64,000 bases of DNA. Source: Eledone cirrhosa. Lineage: Eukaryota. Both the position numbers and the translations under genes were made by a program. The notes beneath the pieces were generated by a model, which worked only from the letters and a program-made list of their open reading frames with translations, was not told the origin of the DNA and did not search any database. The stretch is taken from NCBI GenBank assembly GCA_964016885.1, contig OZ024746.1:61938001-62002000 (forward strand). The letters are read 5' to 3'. Positions 43,410-60,600 of the stretch are shown here, in pieces. How positions within the stretch are numbered: position 1 is the first letter of the stretch; each line of letters opens with the position of its first letter.

Positions 43410-43902
43410 TTAGAGGCATCTGTAGATTAATTCATAATATTTCAGACCTCTTTCAGAAATAGATCTATTATTTATTTATTTACTTATTTTATTATTTTTT
43501 TATTTATTTAATCCCGCTTTCTTGATGTGTTCTGTCGTGGTATAAAGACAATTCGTTGCTGTCCGGAAATACTGTAAATAAATTAGACTTATTTAGCAGT
43601 TTCCTTCTTAAAAGTAAAGGAGAAAGTATCGAAGCGTTGCAGTTCTAGTATAAACTTATTTAATAAAATAATGTATGTATGTATGTATGTATGTATGTAT
43701 GTATGTATGTATGTATGTATGTATGTATGTATGTATGTATGTATGTATGTATGTATGTATGTATGTATGTATGTATGTACGTACGTACGTATGTATGTAT
43801 GTATGTATGTATGTATGTATGTATGTATGTATGTATGTATGTATATGTATATATATGTGTATGTATGTATGTGTGTATGTATGTATGTATATATATGTGT
43901 AT

Positions 43903-44431
43903 CCCAGTACAACCTGTCTCATGGTCGGGTCGTTGGCGACTAAACTGGCAACCCCACCAAGGTTTCTTGGTGACGAGGGTGACTTTGGAAATCCTGCAGG
44001 ACTAAAAACAAAACCTGTCAAAGGGCAAAGGAGCTCGTAAGAGTCAATGGCCATCCAAAATCACCGGGAGAGATGACCCCTTAGCCTTTGTCAAGGCAGA
44101 ATTCTAGGAAAAGGAAAACTCTGATATAACACCTGCAATCCTGATGGTATCCAATGATGTTGACTTGTTCTTCTTTTTGGTAAATATCATCTTGGTTAAG
44201 AGAGTGGGACTGGCTTTGTGCAGTGCCTTTGCTCACTATAAAAGCTTCACGGCACAGGCATTGCTTTATATCTGGAGATCTCTCTGCACTTGTCGTCACA
44301 TGGTACCATGGGCCCAGCACTGTGTCAATAATTGTCACAAGTGTAGTGTCTGTACCAGAGTGCATCGGTAGGGGTTCTCCTACATGGATATAAAGTGGTG
44401 GTCGTACTCGAAAACGAGTTGGCAGCCACCA
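43903..44431 (+). mobile_element. Bipartite non-autonomous RTE derivative, near full length
   Basis: Near-identical to 5305-5715 and 63476-64000; (TATG)n flanks. Confidence 0.8.
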
Positions 44432-44962
44432 TGTATGTATGTATGTATGTATGTATGTATGTATGTATGTATGTATGTATGGATGGATGGATGGATGTAC
44501 GTATGTATGTACGTACGTATTTATGTATGTATGTATTTATGTATGCATGCATGTATATATGTGTTTATGTATATATGTATGTATGTTCTTCTGGTTTTAT
44601 AATTTCACAAATGTTTGCCAATAGAGAGAGAGTCGGTTTCTAACAAGACTCTCTCATTGGAATTTACACAACATCTAGGTAGATATGTATGCATGTCGGC
44701 ATGCATGTGCAGGTATGGATGTTATTGTATGTGTGGATGTGTATGTTTTGAGTTAAATGTGTTCATGTGCATATGCTTTGCATCTGTACAAGTGTATATG
44801 GTGTTATTAGAAGCAGAATTATTGGAATGTTTTACATATTTTTACTGTTCCATTCAAGGATTGTACTTGTCATTTCCTAACTAGTCGTGTTGTATGTATG
44901 TATGTATGTATGTATGTATGTATGTATGTATGTATGTATGTATGTATGTATGTATGTATGTA

Positions 44963-45800
44963 TATTCTCGCTCTTAATTTTGTGTTTATTTTTGACCGGT
45001 CACCCTCGCGGTGGCAAAGTTGTAAAGAAAAGGAAATTATCGTTGTCTCCTGTGTAAATGCTCATCCTTTGAAGGTTCCAGATATCGCGGTCATTTGTAG
45101 CCTATGAATTAAGGAGCGACGTTCTTTCTCTACAAATTCAAGTTCAGATATACCTTGCTTCAGGCAGGTTGGTATATAAACTGTAGCTCCAATAATGACG
45201 GGTATGAAGTTGAACGTGTATCTTAGATACTGAATCTGCAAACTTCTCATCAATGGTTTGTAGATATCCACTTTCCCTAGCATTTTTCTTACCACATTGA
45301 CATCAAATGGACAGCTGACTTGTACAAGCAAGCATGTTTTTAAAGTGGTCCCAAATAACAATATGAGGCCGGCTGTGCTTTAATTTGGTGGCAGCTTTTA
45401 ATTTTAGGTTACATCAGACTCAAAATATTCATGCATATTTGATTATATTTTCGTCGTTCGTAATGCATTCCCGAACGTTCTATCTATCACAGCATACCTC
45501 ATGAGGAGATAGTAACGAGAAAACATTCTTTCACAGATGGCAATCATGTGGCTAACATCTGCAATATTTGTTTTGTAGAGCCTACATTCATTGTCAACTG
45601 ATGACATTCTTCTGTTGTGCAGTAGGTACTTGGAGGGGATTTCTTGTTCTTGGATAACATGGAGATATTCTACAAGGTGTGATGTTATGAACTTGTCGGA
45701 ACTCCATGTCAGAATTTAAGTCTGGTTTATTCCCTCCCTGGTCGATGTTTTTCGTCTTAAGTATCCATGTACAACCTTCTCAGTGAACTAGTTCGTTGTT
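44963..45800 (-). mobile_element. R4/Dong-like LINE 3' fragment (CCHC plus restriction-like endonuclease)
   Basis: VIQEQEIPSKY, CRL...SHMIAIC..YL.R, HSRPHIV, QVSCPFD, IPVIIGA, LQMTAISGT; ends on (TACA)n. Confidence 0.82.
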
Positions 45801-45814
45801 TTATGTATTTTGGA

Positions 45815-46375
45815 GTAAAGTGCGTAGCTCGGAGATCAGAGAGTCACTCCAGGTAGAACCACTGCTTCTCCGTATTGAGAGATCACAGCTCCGATACTAT
45901 GGACATGGGGTTAGAATGTCTCAGGAAAGAATCGCTGGACAGATTTTACGGGAAAAATCAACCGGCAAGAGACCTAGGGGTAGACCCCGAGCAGGATGGT
46001 TGGATAATATCCATGACCTTGGCTGGTCACGCTTGGGTATCAGTTGCTTCTGACAGGCAACTCTACTCCTCTTTATATCTACTACATGGAACTCTCTTCC
46101 AATCCCCCTCTCGATATTAATAAACATCAATCTCTCCCCCTCTCTATATCTACCATAAAACACTCTGTCATTCCCTCCCACTCTATCCATCACTACCAAA
46201 CTCTCTACCCCCCCCCCTCTATCATATCTATCAATACCTACCCAGGTCTCGCTTAGGGATCCAGCCAGATAAATTGGAGACGGTTGCTTCTGACAGAACC
46301 CGCTGGAAGGAGTGTTTGAGGACTCTGCCACCCCCCTCCTCCCCACGACGATAAGTGGGCGAAGAAGAAGAGAGA
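45815..46375 (+). mobile_element. RTE LINE 3' fragment with ~190-bp interruption
   Basis: RSSEIRESLQVEPLLLRIERSQLRYYGH..RPRGRPR; tail GAAGAAGAAG. Confidence 0.88.
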
Positions 46376-46451
46376 AGAGAGTTTTATGTATGTATGTATT
46401 ATGTATGTATGTATGTATGTATGTATGTATGTATGTATGTATGTATGTATG

Positions 46452-46745
46452 AGGAGCCCCTAGCCTTTGTAAGGGCATTCTTCTAGGAGAAGGCAACTCA
46501 GGAAACTGGGATATCTCAGACATATTCCTGCGACTCAGTAGTTACCGATGATGATGATCTTTTCTTCTTTTCGGGTTATAGCTACTGTCGCTCAGAGAGT
46601 GGGATTGGCTCAGTGCACAGTCATTCCTCACTTAAAATAAAAATCTTCTCAAACAGGTATTGCACAATAGCATTAATTGATAATTATTAATAATATTATA
46701 TCGTGCAATGGCCATACTCGATAACGAGGGAGCAGCCATCATCAT
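46452..46745 (+). mobile_element. Diverged relative of the bipartite RTE derivative
   Basis: CCCCTAGCCTTTG..CTAGGAGAAGG..GAGAGTGGGA..TACTCGATAACGAG..GCAGCCA. Confidence 0.65.
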
Positions 46746-46929
46746 GTGTGTATGTATGTATGTATGTATGTATGTATGTATGTATGTATGTATGTATGCA
46801 TGTGTGTATGTATGTATGTATGTATGTATGTATGTATGTATGTATGTATGTATGTATGTATGTGTGTATGCCTATATATGTGCATGACTGTATGTATTTT
46901 ATTACGTATATATATATATATATATATAT

Positions 46930-47046
46930 AACGGAGGAGGTGTGGTAAGGAACCAGATGGACCATAACGCACCAGAGTACTCAACACGAACTCCAGAAAT
47001 AGCCGTCGAAACGGCTTGAGCTCTGCCGTCGAGGTTAAACATTTTC

Positions 47047-47048
<2 letters not shown>
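46930..47048. mobile_element. Family C inversion structure
   Basis: Minus-strand 3' end joined to plus-strand GAAACGGCTTGAGCTCTGCCGTC. Confidence 0.75.
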
Positions 47049-47088
<40 letters not shown>

Positions 47089-47091
<3 letters not shown>

Positions 47092-47274
47092 GAATAGAAA
47101 ACGAAAATCAGTGATGCATCTGAACTCAATTTATTGTGTGCTACAATTACAACACACAATAAATTGAGATCAGATGCATCACTGATTTTTCGTTTTCTAT
47201 TCTATCATACTCGGCTCTGTAAGAGCATAGAGTGCTCAACCGGCATGCTGCCTGAGGAAGCATCTTAGCTACCA

Positions 47275-47275
<1 letters not shown>
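47089..47275. mobile_element. Fold-back element (47089-47205)
   Basis: Arms of ~50 bp; microsatellite flanks. Confidence 0.7.
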
Positions 47276-47344
<69 letters not shown>

Positions 47345-47758
47345 TTATTTATATAGGATATCCGCCATTATTTTTCAATATATAATATCATATAGATTAC
47401 AAAGATCGACTGGGCGAGTGCCTTACATTCATTTTATTGATATAAAACACATTATCCATTCAACTATATAACTAACTCTATTAATATGATATACGCTAGT
47501 TGATATATACCACATGCTTTACAGTTATTACTGTAAGTTATGTGTAATTACTGCCAATAGGGATTACAGTTTAGGATCTTGTTTAATGGTAGAAATTAGC
47601 TTTCCAAAGAAAACTGACAACTACACCGCGTTGGAAATTACGGAAATCACACTCTAGATGTGGGGGTTTGTGTCATTTCACCTTTCTCCGCGTTTCTAAT
47701 CTGTGTGTGTGTGTGTGTGCATGTGTGTGTGTGTGTGCATGTGCATGTGTGTGTGTGC

Positions 47759-47851
<93 letters not shown>

Positions 47852-47881
47852 TGTGTGCATGTGTGTGTGCATGTGTGTGTG

Positions 47882-47956
<75 letters not shown>

Positions 47957-47999
47957 ATGTGTGCGTGTGTGTGAGCATGCGTGTGTGTATATACATACA

Positions 48000-48193
48000 C
48001 AGGGTGTATCAAAAAGGCTATATTGCAAAAGGTTATACTATATTTTTTAAACAAATGATCATATAGAAATGCAGTAATTTGTACAAAGCATTTATAACTT
48101 CTATAATTTTTTTATGAAGTTATTTACATATTGAGCATGTAATGATTGTAAATAAAATCCGATAATTATTTAATTATTTTTTATACTTCCTGT
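48000..48193. mobile_element. Degenerate Tc1/mariner MITE
   Basis: CAGGGTGTATCAAAAA / TTTTTATACTTCCTG. Confidence 0.5.
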
Positions 48194-48232
48194 ATTTATA
48201 TATATATATATTATATATATGTATATATTATA

Positions 48233-48675
<443 letters not shown>

Positions 48676-48736
48676 ATATATATATATATATACAATGATA
48701 TTTAATAAATGGAACCTATATTTAGAAAACCATATT

Positions 48737-48797
48737 TATTCTATTATATATATTTCAAGGGTACCAAAACTTTGGTACGCTTTCATCAGATAAAATA
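48737..48797 (-). ncRNA. Type I hammerhead ribozyme (family A)
   Basis: Mirror image of 48936-48996. Confidence 0.85.
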
Positions 48798-48935
48798 CAA
48801 AGTTTGTTTTATAAATTTTGACATAACCAAGAAAAGATACCTTACCAGTTCAAGTTTTTCTTGACTATCCAAGAAAAACTTGAACTGGTAAGGTATCTTT
48901 TCTTGGTTATGTCAAAATTTATAAAACAAACTTTG

Positions 48936-48996
48936 TATTTTATCTGATGAAAGCGTACCAAAGTTTTGGTACCCTTGAAATATATATAATAGAATA
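48936..48996 (+). ncRNA. Type I hammerhead ribozyme (family A)
   Basis: TATTTTAT-CTGATGA-AAGCGTACCAAAGTTTTGGTACCCTT-GAAA-TATATA-TA-ATAGAATA. Confidence 0.87.
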
Positions 48997-49132
48997 AATA
49001 TGGTTTTCTAAATATAGGTTCCATTTATTAAATATCATTGAATATTAAACTCCAGAAAATCTTTCGAGTGTTCTGAATCAGTTATAAACATTTATATTTG
49101 TTGAATTACCAACAAATTGAATATCCCTTTTG

Positions 49133-49200
<68 letters not shown>

Positions 49201-49202
<2 letters not shown>

Positions 49203-49328
49203 TTTCTGAAGACACCATATATAGGTGTAGGTATGTATATTCCCTCTGATAGTTTGTAAAACTTTTACATAGATCTATATGATATACATACCAACACACA
49301 CATATATCCTAGAAACGATCGTAAAATG
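49201..49328 (+). ncRNA. Type I hammerhead with ~100-nt stem II (family F)
   Basis: TATTT-CTGAAGA ... GAAAC-GATC-GTA-AAATG; stem II GGTATGTATAT/ATATACATACC, base of stem mispaired. Confidence 0.62.
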
Positions 49329-49791
49329 ATGAATTTTTTAATATAAGGAACTGTTTCTTTGTTTTTATTAATTTATATATATATATATATATATATGTAG
49401 AAATAAACACAGTAAATTGTGTGTCTAAAATTACGAGGGTAGAAATACCACATTGTACTGAAAGATTTAACCTGAAGCATACGTAAGATGTATAATAAGT
49501 ATATACAGACCGTATCAATAACCATTTCATCTCTCGGACAGATTAGAGACTTATTCTGTTTCGCCCTGAAAATTGTGTTTGTAACAGATAATCCGTAGGC
49601 TTTCCTCAGCGAGAGATCAAATGGAACAAACACATGTAGCTACAATCCACACGAATGAATATCTCACCTCGTGCGTTGGACGTTAGAAGTGGGGTGAGTG
49701 GATATGCTAGAAATGATAGCCTTAGTACACCCAGTATTTATACTTTTAGCTTGTTAATTGCAGGGTATCAATATGAGTTAGTAACTCTGTA

Positions 49792-50144
<353 letters not shown>

Positions 50145-50241
50145 CCGACTCTTTATAATATAGCCATACTCTACTACCCCAAGTATCGAGTACTCTGCTG
50201 TGTAATAGTCTAACTAGTTTCAAACTGGTTCTAACCTGATA

Positions 50242-50532
<291 letters not shown>

Positions 50533-51176
50533 TTAAAGAGAGGTAATATAATATATATACCCTTATATATATTTTATGTTGAAACCTTAAATAAATCCCA
50601 TGAATTTAATGAAATATTCTTTGATAATATTTTATGAAATATAATTAAATTTGACTCAGACAACACACATTATGTATACACACATTAACACTTATACATG
50701 TTTACATATACACATTAACACATGCACATGTTTACACATAGACATGTTTACAAATACACATTAACACATACACATTAACACATACACATTAACATATACA
50801 CATTAACACATACACATTAACACATATACACATTAACACATACACATGGTTACATACACACATTAACATATACACATTAACACATACACAATAACACATA
50901 CACATGTTTACACATACACATTAACACATACACATGTTTACACTTACACATGTTTACACATACACGTTAATAGATTTCGTGTTTACACATACAAATTAAT
51001 ATATACACATATGAACTGTTACACATTAACACATACACATTAACAGATATACATATATGTACATACACATTAACACATACATATATTAATAGATACACAT
51101 ATATACATATATACACATACACATATTTGTGTACATACACATTAACACATTAACACATACACATATTGTTTATTAA

Positions 51177-51221
51177 GCTCTGATGATTCCTACCCAATGG
51201 TATGGATGAAACATTGTAAGC
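51177..51221 (+). ncRNA. Type I hammerhead
   Basis: GCT-CTGATGA-TTCCTACC(caat)GGTATGGAT-GAAAC-ATT-GTA-AGC then AATAAA. Confidence 0.75.
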
Positions 51222-51659
51222 AAATAAAAACTGTTTGAGTATGTTAGCGTTCTTTGGTTTCTTTTACATAGATACACATATATACATATATACACATACA
51301 CATATATACATATATATACACATACACATATTAATACAACCACACAATTACACATACACAAATGAACAGCTACATATATTAACCCATACACACATTAACA
51401 CATACACATATGAATATATAGACATATAAACACATTAATAGATACGCATATTAACAGATACACACATTTACACATATACATATGTGCACATACACACATA
51501 TTAACAGATGCACACATTTATACATACACATATTAACACATAACCATATTAACACATACCCATATTAACACACCCATATTAACACACATTTACACATACA
51601 CACATTCACATATTAACAATTACACACATTTTTACATACACATATGAACAGATACATAC

Positions 51660-54600
51660 ATTTACACATACGCATATTAACAGGTACATTTACACATACA
51701 CATATTAACAGGTACATTTACACATACACATATTAACAGATACATTTACACATACACATATTAACATGTACATTTACACATACACATATTAACAGGTACA
51801 TTTACACATACACATATTAACAGATACATTTACACATACACATATAACAGATACATTTACACATACACATATTAACAGATACATTTACACATACATATAT
51901 TAACAGATGCATTTACACACACATATTAACAGGTACATTTACACATACACATATAACAGATACATTTACACATACACATATTAACAGGTTCATTTACACA
52001 TACACATATTAACAGATACGTTTACACATACACATATTAACAGGTACATTTACACATACACATATTAATAGGTACATTTACACATACACTTATTAACAGG
52101 TACATTTACACATACACATATTAACAGATACATTTACACATACACATATTAACAGGTACATTTACACATACACATATTAACAGGTACATTTACACATACA
52201 CTTATTAACAGGTACATTTACACATACACATATTAACAGGTACATTTACACATACACATATTAACAGATACATTTACACATACACATATTAACAGATACA
52301 TTTACACATACACATATAACAGATACATTTACACATACACATATTAACAGATACGTTTACACATACACATATTAACAGATACGTTTACACATACACATAT
52401 AACAGATACATTTACACATACACATATTAACAGGTACATTTACACATACACATATTAACAGGTACATTTACACATACACATATTAACAGATACATTTACA
52501 CATACACATATTAACAGATACATTTACACATACACATATAACAACTACATTTACACATACACATATTAACAGGTATATTTACACATACACATATTAACAG
52601 ATACGTTTACACATACACATATTAACAGGTACATTTACACATACACATATTAACAGGTACATTTACACATACACTTATTAACAGATACATTTACACATAC
52701 ACATATTAACAGGTACATTTACACATACACATATAACAACAACATTTACACAGACACATATTAACAGGTACATTTACACATACCCATATTAACAGATACG
52801 TTTACACATACACATATAACAGATACATTTACACATACACATATTAACACATACGTTTACACATACACATATTAACAGGTACATTTACACATACACATAT
52901 TAACAGGTACATTTACACATACACATATTAACAGGTACATTTACACATACACATATAACAGATACGTTTACACATACACATATTAACAGATACGTTTACA
53001 CATACACATATTAACAGGTACATTTACACATACACATATTAACAGATACGTTTACACATACACATATAACAGATACATTTACACATACACATATTAACAG
53101 GTACATTTACACATACACATATAACAGATACATTTACACATACACATATTAACAGATACGTTTACACATACACATATTAACAGATACGTTTACACATACA
53201 CATATAACAGATACATTTACACATACACATATAACAGATACATTTATACATACACATATTAACAGGTACATTTACACATACACATATTAACAGGTACATT
53301 TACACATACACATATTAACAGGTACATTTACACATACACATATTAACACGTACATTTACACATACACATATTAACAGATACATTTACACATACACATATT
53401 AACAGGTACATTTACACATACACATATTAACAGGTACATTTACACATACACATATAACAGATACATTTACACATACACATATTAACACATACGTTTACAC
53501 ATACACATATTAACAGGTACATTTACACATACAATTATTAACAGATACATTTACACATACACATATTAACAGGTACATTTACACATACACATATTAAGAG
53601 GTACATTTACACATACACGTATTAACAGGTACATTTACACATACACATATTAACAGATACATTTACACATACACATATTAACAGGTACATTTACACATAC
53701 ACATATTAACAGGTACATTTACACATACACATATAACAGATACATTTACACATACACATATTAACACATACGTTTACACATACACATATTAACAGGTACA
53801 TTTACACATACAATTATTAACAGATACATTTACACATACACATATTAACAGGTACATTTACACATACACATATTAAGAGGTACATTTACACATACACGTA
53901 TTAACAGGTACATTTACACATACACATATTAACAGATACATTTACACATATTAACAGATACGTTAACACATACGTATATTAACAGATACATTTACACATA
54001 CACATATTAACAGATACGTTTACACATACACATATTAACAGGTACATTTACACATACACATATTAACAGGTACATTTACACATACGCATATTAACAACTA
54101 CATTTACACATACAATTATTAACAGGTACATTTACACATACACATATAACAACTACATTTACACATACACATATTAATAGGTACATTTACACATACACAT
54201 ATTAACATGTACATTTACACATACACATATTAACACGTACATTTACACATACACATATAACAGATACATTTACACATACACATATTAACAGATACGTTTA
54301 CACATACACATATTAACAGATACATTTACACATACACATATTAACAGATACGTTTTCACATACACATATTAACAGATACATTTACACATACACATATTAA
54401 CAGATACATTTACACATACACATATTAACAGATACGTTTACACATACACATATTAACAGATACATTTACACATACACATATTAACAGATACATTTACACA
54501 TACACATATAACAACTACATTTACACATACACATATTAACAGGTATATTTACACATACACATATTAACAGATACGTTTACACATACACATATTAACAGGT

Positions 54601-57600
54601 ACATTTACACATACACATATTAACAGGTACATTTACACATACACATATTAACAGATACATTTACACATACACATATTAACAGATACATTTACACATACAC
54701 ATATTAACAGATACATTTACACATACACATATTAACAGATACATTTACACATACACATATTAACACGTACATTTACACATACACATATTAACAGGTACAT
54801 TTACACATACCCATATTAACAGATACGTTTACACATACACATATAACAGATACATTTACACATACACATATTAACAGATACGTTTACACATACACATATT
54901 AACAGATACGTTTACACATACACATATAACAGATACATTTACACATACACATATTAACAGGTACATTTACACATACACATATTAACAGGTACATTTACAC
55001 ATACACATATTAACAGATACATTTACACATACACATATTAACAGATACATTTACACATACACATATAACAACTACATTTACACATACACATATTAACAGG
55101 TATATTTACACATACACATATTAACAGATACGTTTACACATACACATATTAACAGCTACATTTACACATACACATATTAACAGGTACATTTACACATACA
55201 CATATTAACAGATACATTTACACATACACATATTAACAGGTACATTTACACATACACATATAACAGATACATTTATACATACACATATTAATACATACAT
55301 TTACACATACACATATTAACAGGTAAATTTACACATACAATTATTAACAGATACATTTACACATACACATATTAACAGGTACATTTACACATACACATAT
55401 TAACAGATACGTTTACACATACACATATTAACAGATACGTTTACACATACACATATAACAGATACATTTACACATACACATATAACAGATACATTTACAC
55501 ATACACATATTAACAGGTACATTTACACATACACATATTAACAGGTACATTTACACATACACATATTAACAGGTACATTTACACATACAGATATTAACAC
55601 GTACATTTACACATACACATATTAACAGATACATTTACACATACACATATTAACAGGTACATTTACACATACACATATAACAGATACATTTATACATACA
55701 CATATTAATACATACATTTACACATACACATATTAACAGGTAAATTTACACATACAATTATTAACAGATACATTTACACATACACATATTAACAGGTACA
55801 TTTACACATACACATATTAACAGGTACATTTACACATACACGTATTAACAGGTACATTTACACATACACATATAACAGATACATTTACACATACACATAT
55901 TAACAGATACGTTTACACATACACATATTAACAGATACGTTTACACATACACATATTAACAGGTACATTTACACATACACATATTAACAACTACATTTAC
56001 ACATACACATATTAACAGGTACATTTACACATACACATATTAACAGGTACATTTACACATACACATATTAACAGATACATTTACACATACACATATTAGC
56101 AGGTAAATTTACACATACAATTATTAACAGATACATTTACACATACACATATTAACACATACATTTACACATACACATATAACAACTACATTTACACATA
56201 CACATATTAACAACTAAATTTACACATACACATTAATAGGTACATTTACACATACAATTATTAACAGGTACATTTACACATACACATATTAACAGGTACA
56301 TTTACACATACACATATTAATAGGTACATTTACACATACACATATAACAACTACATTTACACATACACATATTAACAGGTACATTTACACATACACATAT
56401 TAACAGGTACATTTACACATACACATATAACAACAACATTTACACATACACATATTAACAGGTACATTTACACATACCCATATTAACAGATACGTTTACA
56501 CATACACATATAACAGATACATTTACACATACACATATTAACAGATACGTTTACACATACACATATTAACAGGTACATTTACACATACACATATTAACAG
56601 GTACATTTACACATACACATATTAACAGGTACATTTACACATACACATATGAACAGGTACATTTACACATACACATATAACAGATACATTTACACATACA
56701 CATATAACAGATACATTTACACATACACATATAACAGATACATTTACACATACACATATTAACAGGTACATTTACACATACACATATTAACAGGTACATT
56801 TACACATACACATATTAACAGGTACATTTACACATACACATATTAACAGATACATTTACACATACACATATTAACAGGTACATTTACACATACACATATA
56901 ACAACTACATTTACACATACACATATTAACACATACATTTACACATACACATATAACAACTACATTTACACATACACATATTAACAACTAAATTTACACA
57001 TAAACATTAATAGGTACATTTACACATACAATTATTAACAGGTACATTTACACATACACATATTAACAGGTACATTTACACATACACATATTAATAGGTA
57101 CATTTACACATACACATATAACAACTACATTTACACATACACATATTAACAGGTACATTTACACATACACATATTAACAGGTACATTTACACATACACAT
57201 ATAACAACAACATTTACACATACACATATTAACAGATACGTTTACACATACACATATTAACAGATACATTTACACATACACATATTAACAGATACATTTA
57301 CACATACACATATTAACAGATACGTTTACACATACACATATTAACAGATACATTTACACATACACATATTAACAGATACATTTACACATACACATATAAC
57401 AACTACATTTACACATACACATATTAACAGGTATATTTACACATACACATATTAACAGATACGTTTACACATACACATATTAACAGGTACATTTACACAT
57501 ACACATATTAACAGGTACATTTACACATACACATATTAACAGATACATTTACACATACACATATTAACAGATACATTTACACATACACATATTAACAGAT

Positions 57601-60600
57601 ACATTTACACATACACATATTAACAGATACATTTACACATACACATATTAACACGTACATTTACACATACACATATTAACAGGTACATTTACACATACCC
57701 ATATTAACAGATACGTTTACACATACACATATAACAGATACATTTACACATACACATATTAACAGATACGTTTACACATACACATATTAACAGATACGTT
57801 TACACATACACATATAACAGATACATTTACACATACACATATTAACAGGTACATTTACACATACACATATTAACAGGTACATTTACACATACACATATTA
57901 ACAGATACATTTACACATACACATATTAACAGATACATTTACACATACACATATAACAACTACATTTACACATACACATATTAACAGGTATATTTACACA
58001 TACACATATTAACAGATACGTTTACACATACACATATTAACAGCTACATTTACACATACACATATTAACAGGTACATTTACACATACACATATTAACAGA
58101 TACATTTACACATACACATATTAACAGGTACATTTACACATACACATATTAACAGGTACATTTACACATACACATATTAACAGATACGTTTACACATACA
58201 CATATTAACAGATACGTTTACACATACACATATAACAGATACATTTACACATACACATATAACAGATACATTTACACATACACATATTAACAGGTACATT
58301 TACACATACACATATTAACAGGTACATTTACACATACACATATTAACAGGTACATTTACACATACAGATATTAACACGTACATTTACACATACACATATT
58401 AACAGATACATTTACACATACACATATTAACAGGTACATTTACACATACACATATAACAGATACATTTATACATACACATATTAATACATACATTTACAC
58501 ATACACATATTAACAGGTAAATTTACACATACAATTATTAACAGATACATTTACACATACACATATTAACAGGTACATTTACACATACACATATTAACAG
58601 GTACATTTACACATACACGTATTAACAGGTACATTTACACATACACATATAACAGATACATTTACACATACACATATTAACAGATACGTTTACACATACA
58701 CATATTAACAGATACGTTTACACATACACATATTAACAGGTACATTTACACATACACATATTAACAACTACATTTACACATACACATATTAACAGGTACA
58801 TTTACACATACACATATTAACAGGTACATTTACACATACACATATTAACAGATACATTTACACATACACATATTAGCAGGTAAATTTACACATGCAATTA
58901 TTAACAGATACATTTACACATACACATATTAACACATACATTTACACATACACATATAACAACTACATTTACACATACACATATTAACAACTAAATTTAC
59001 ACATACACATTAATAGGTACATTTACACATACAATTATTAACAGGTACATTTACACATACACATATTAACAGGTACATTTACACATACACATATTAATAG
59101 GTACATTTACACATACACATATAACAACTACATTTACACATACACATATTAACAGGTACATTTACACATACACATATTAACAGGTACATTTACACATACA
59201 CATATAACAACAACATTTACACATACACATATTAACAGGTACATTTACACATACCCATATTAACAGATACGTTTACACATACACATATAACAGATACATT
59301 TACACATACACATATTAACAGATACGTTTACACATACACATATTAACAGGTACATTTACACATACACATATTAACAGGTACATTTACACATACACATATT
59401 AACAGGTACATTTACACATACACATATGAACAGGTACATTTACACATACACATATAACAGATACATTTACACATACACATATAACAGATACATTTACACA
59501 TACACATATAACAGATACATTTACACATACACATATTAACAGGTACATTTACACATACACATATTAACAGGTACATTTACACATACACATATTAACAGGT
59601 ACATTTACACATACACATATTAACAGATACATTTACACATACACATATTAACAGGTACATTTACACATACACATATAACAACTACATTTACACATACACA
59701 TATTAACACATACATTTACACATACACATATAACAACTACATTTACACATACACATATTAACAACTAAATTTACACATAAACATTAATAGGTACATTTAC
59801 ACATACAATTATTAACAGGTACATTTACACATACACATATTAACAGGTACATTTACACATACACATATTAATAGGTACATTTACACATACACATATAACA
59901 ACTACATTTACACATACACATATTAACAGGTACATTTACACATACACATATTAACAGGTACATTTACACATACACATATAACAACAACATTTACACATAC
60001 ACATATTAACAGGTACATTTACACATACACATATAACAGATACATTTACACATACACATATAACAGATACATTTACACATACACATATAACAGATACATT
60101 TACACATACACATATTAACAGGTACATTTACACATACACATATTAACAGGTACATTTACACATACACATATTAACAGGTACATTTACACATACACATATT
60201 AACACGTACATTTACACATACACATATTAACAGATACATTTACACATACACATATTAACAGGTACATTTACACATACACATATAACAGATACATTTACAC
60301 ATACACATATTAACACATACGTTTATACATACACATATTAACAGGTACATTTACACATACAATTATTAACAGATACATTTACACATACACATATTAACAG
60401 GTACATTTACACATACACATATTAACAGGTACATTTACACATACACGTATTAACAGGTACATTTACACATACACATATAACAGATACATTTACACATACA
60501 CATATTAACAGATACGTTTACACATACACATATTAACAGATACGTTTACACATACACATATTAACAGATACATTTACACATACACATATTAACAGGTACA

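Larger units (their letters stand above)
48693..49135 (+). mobile_element. Family A element, palindrome 48693-49040
   Basis: Essentially perfect arms of ~170 bp; same architecture as 7118-7562. Confidence 0.9.

Noticed and set aside
49550-49612. Hammerhead-like CTGAGGA...GAAAC (minus)
   Set aside because: No convincing stem I or stem III pairing
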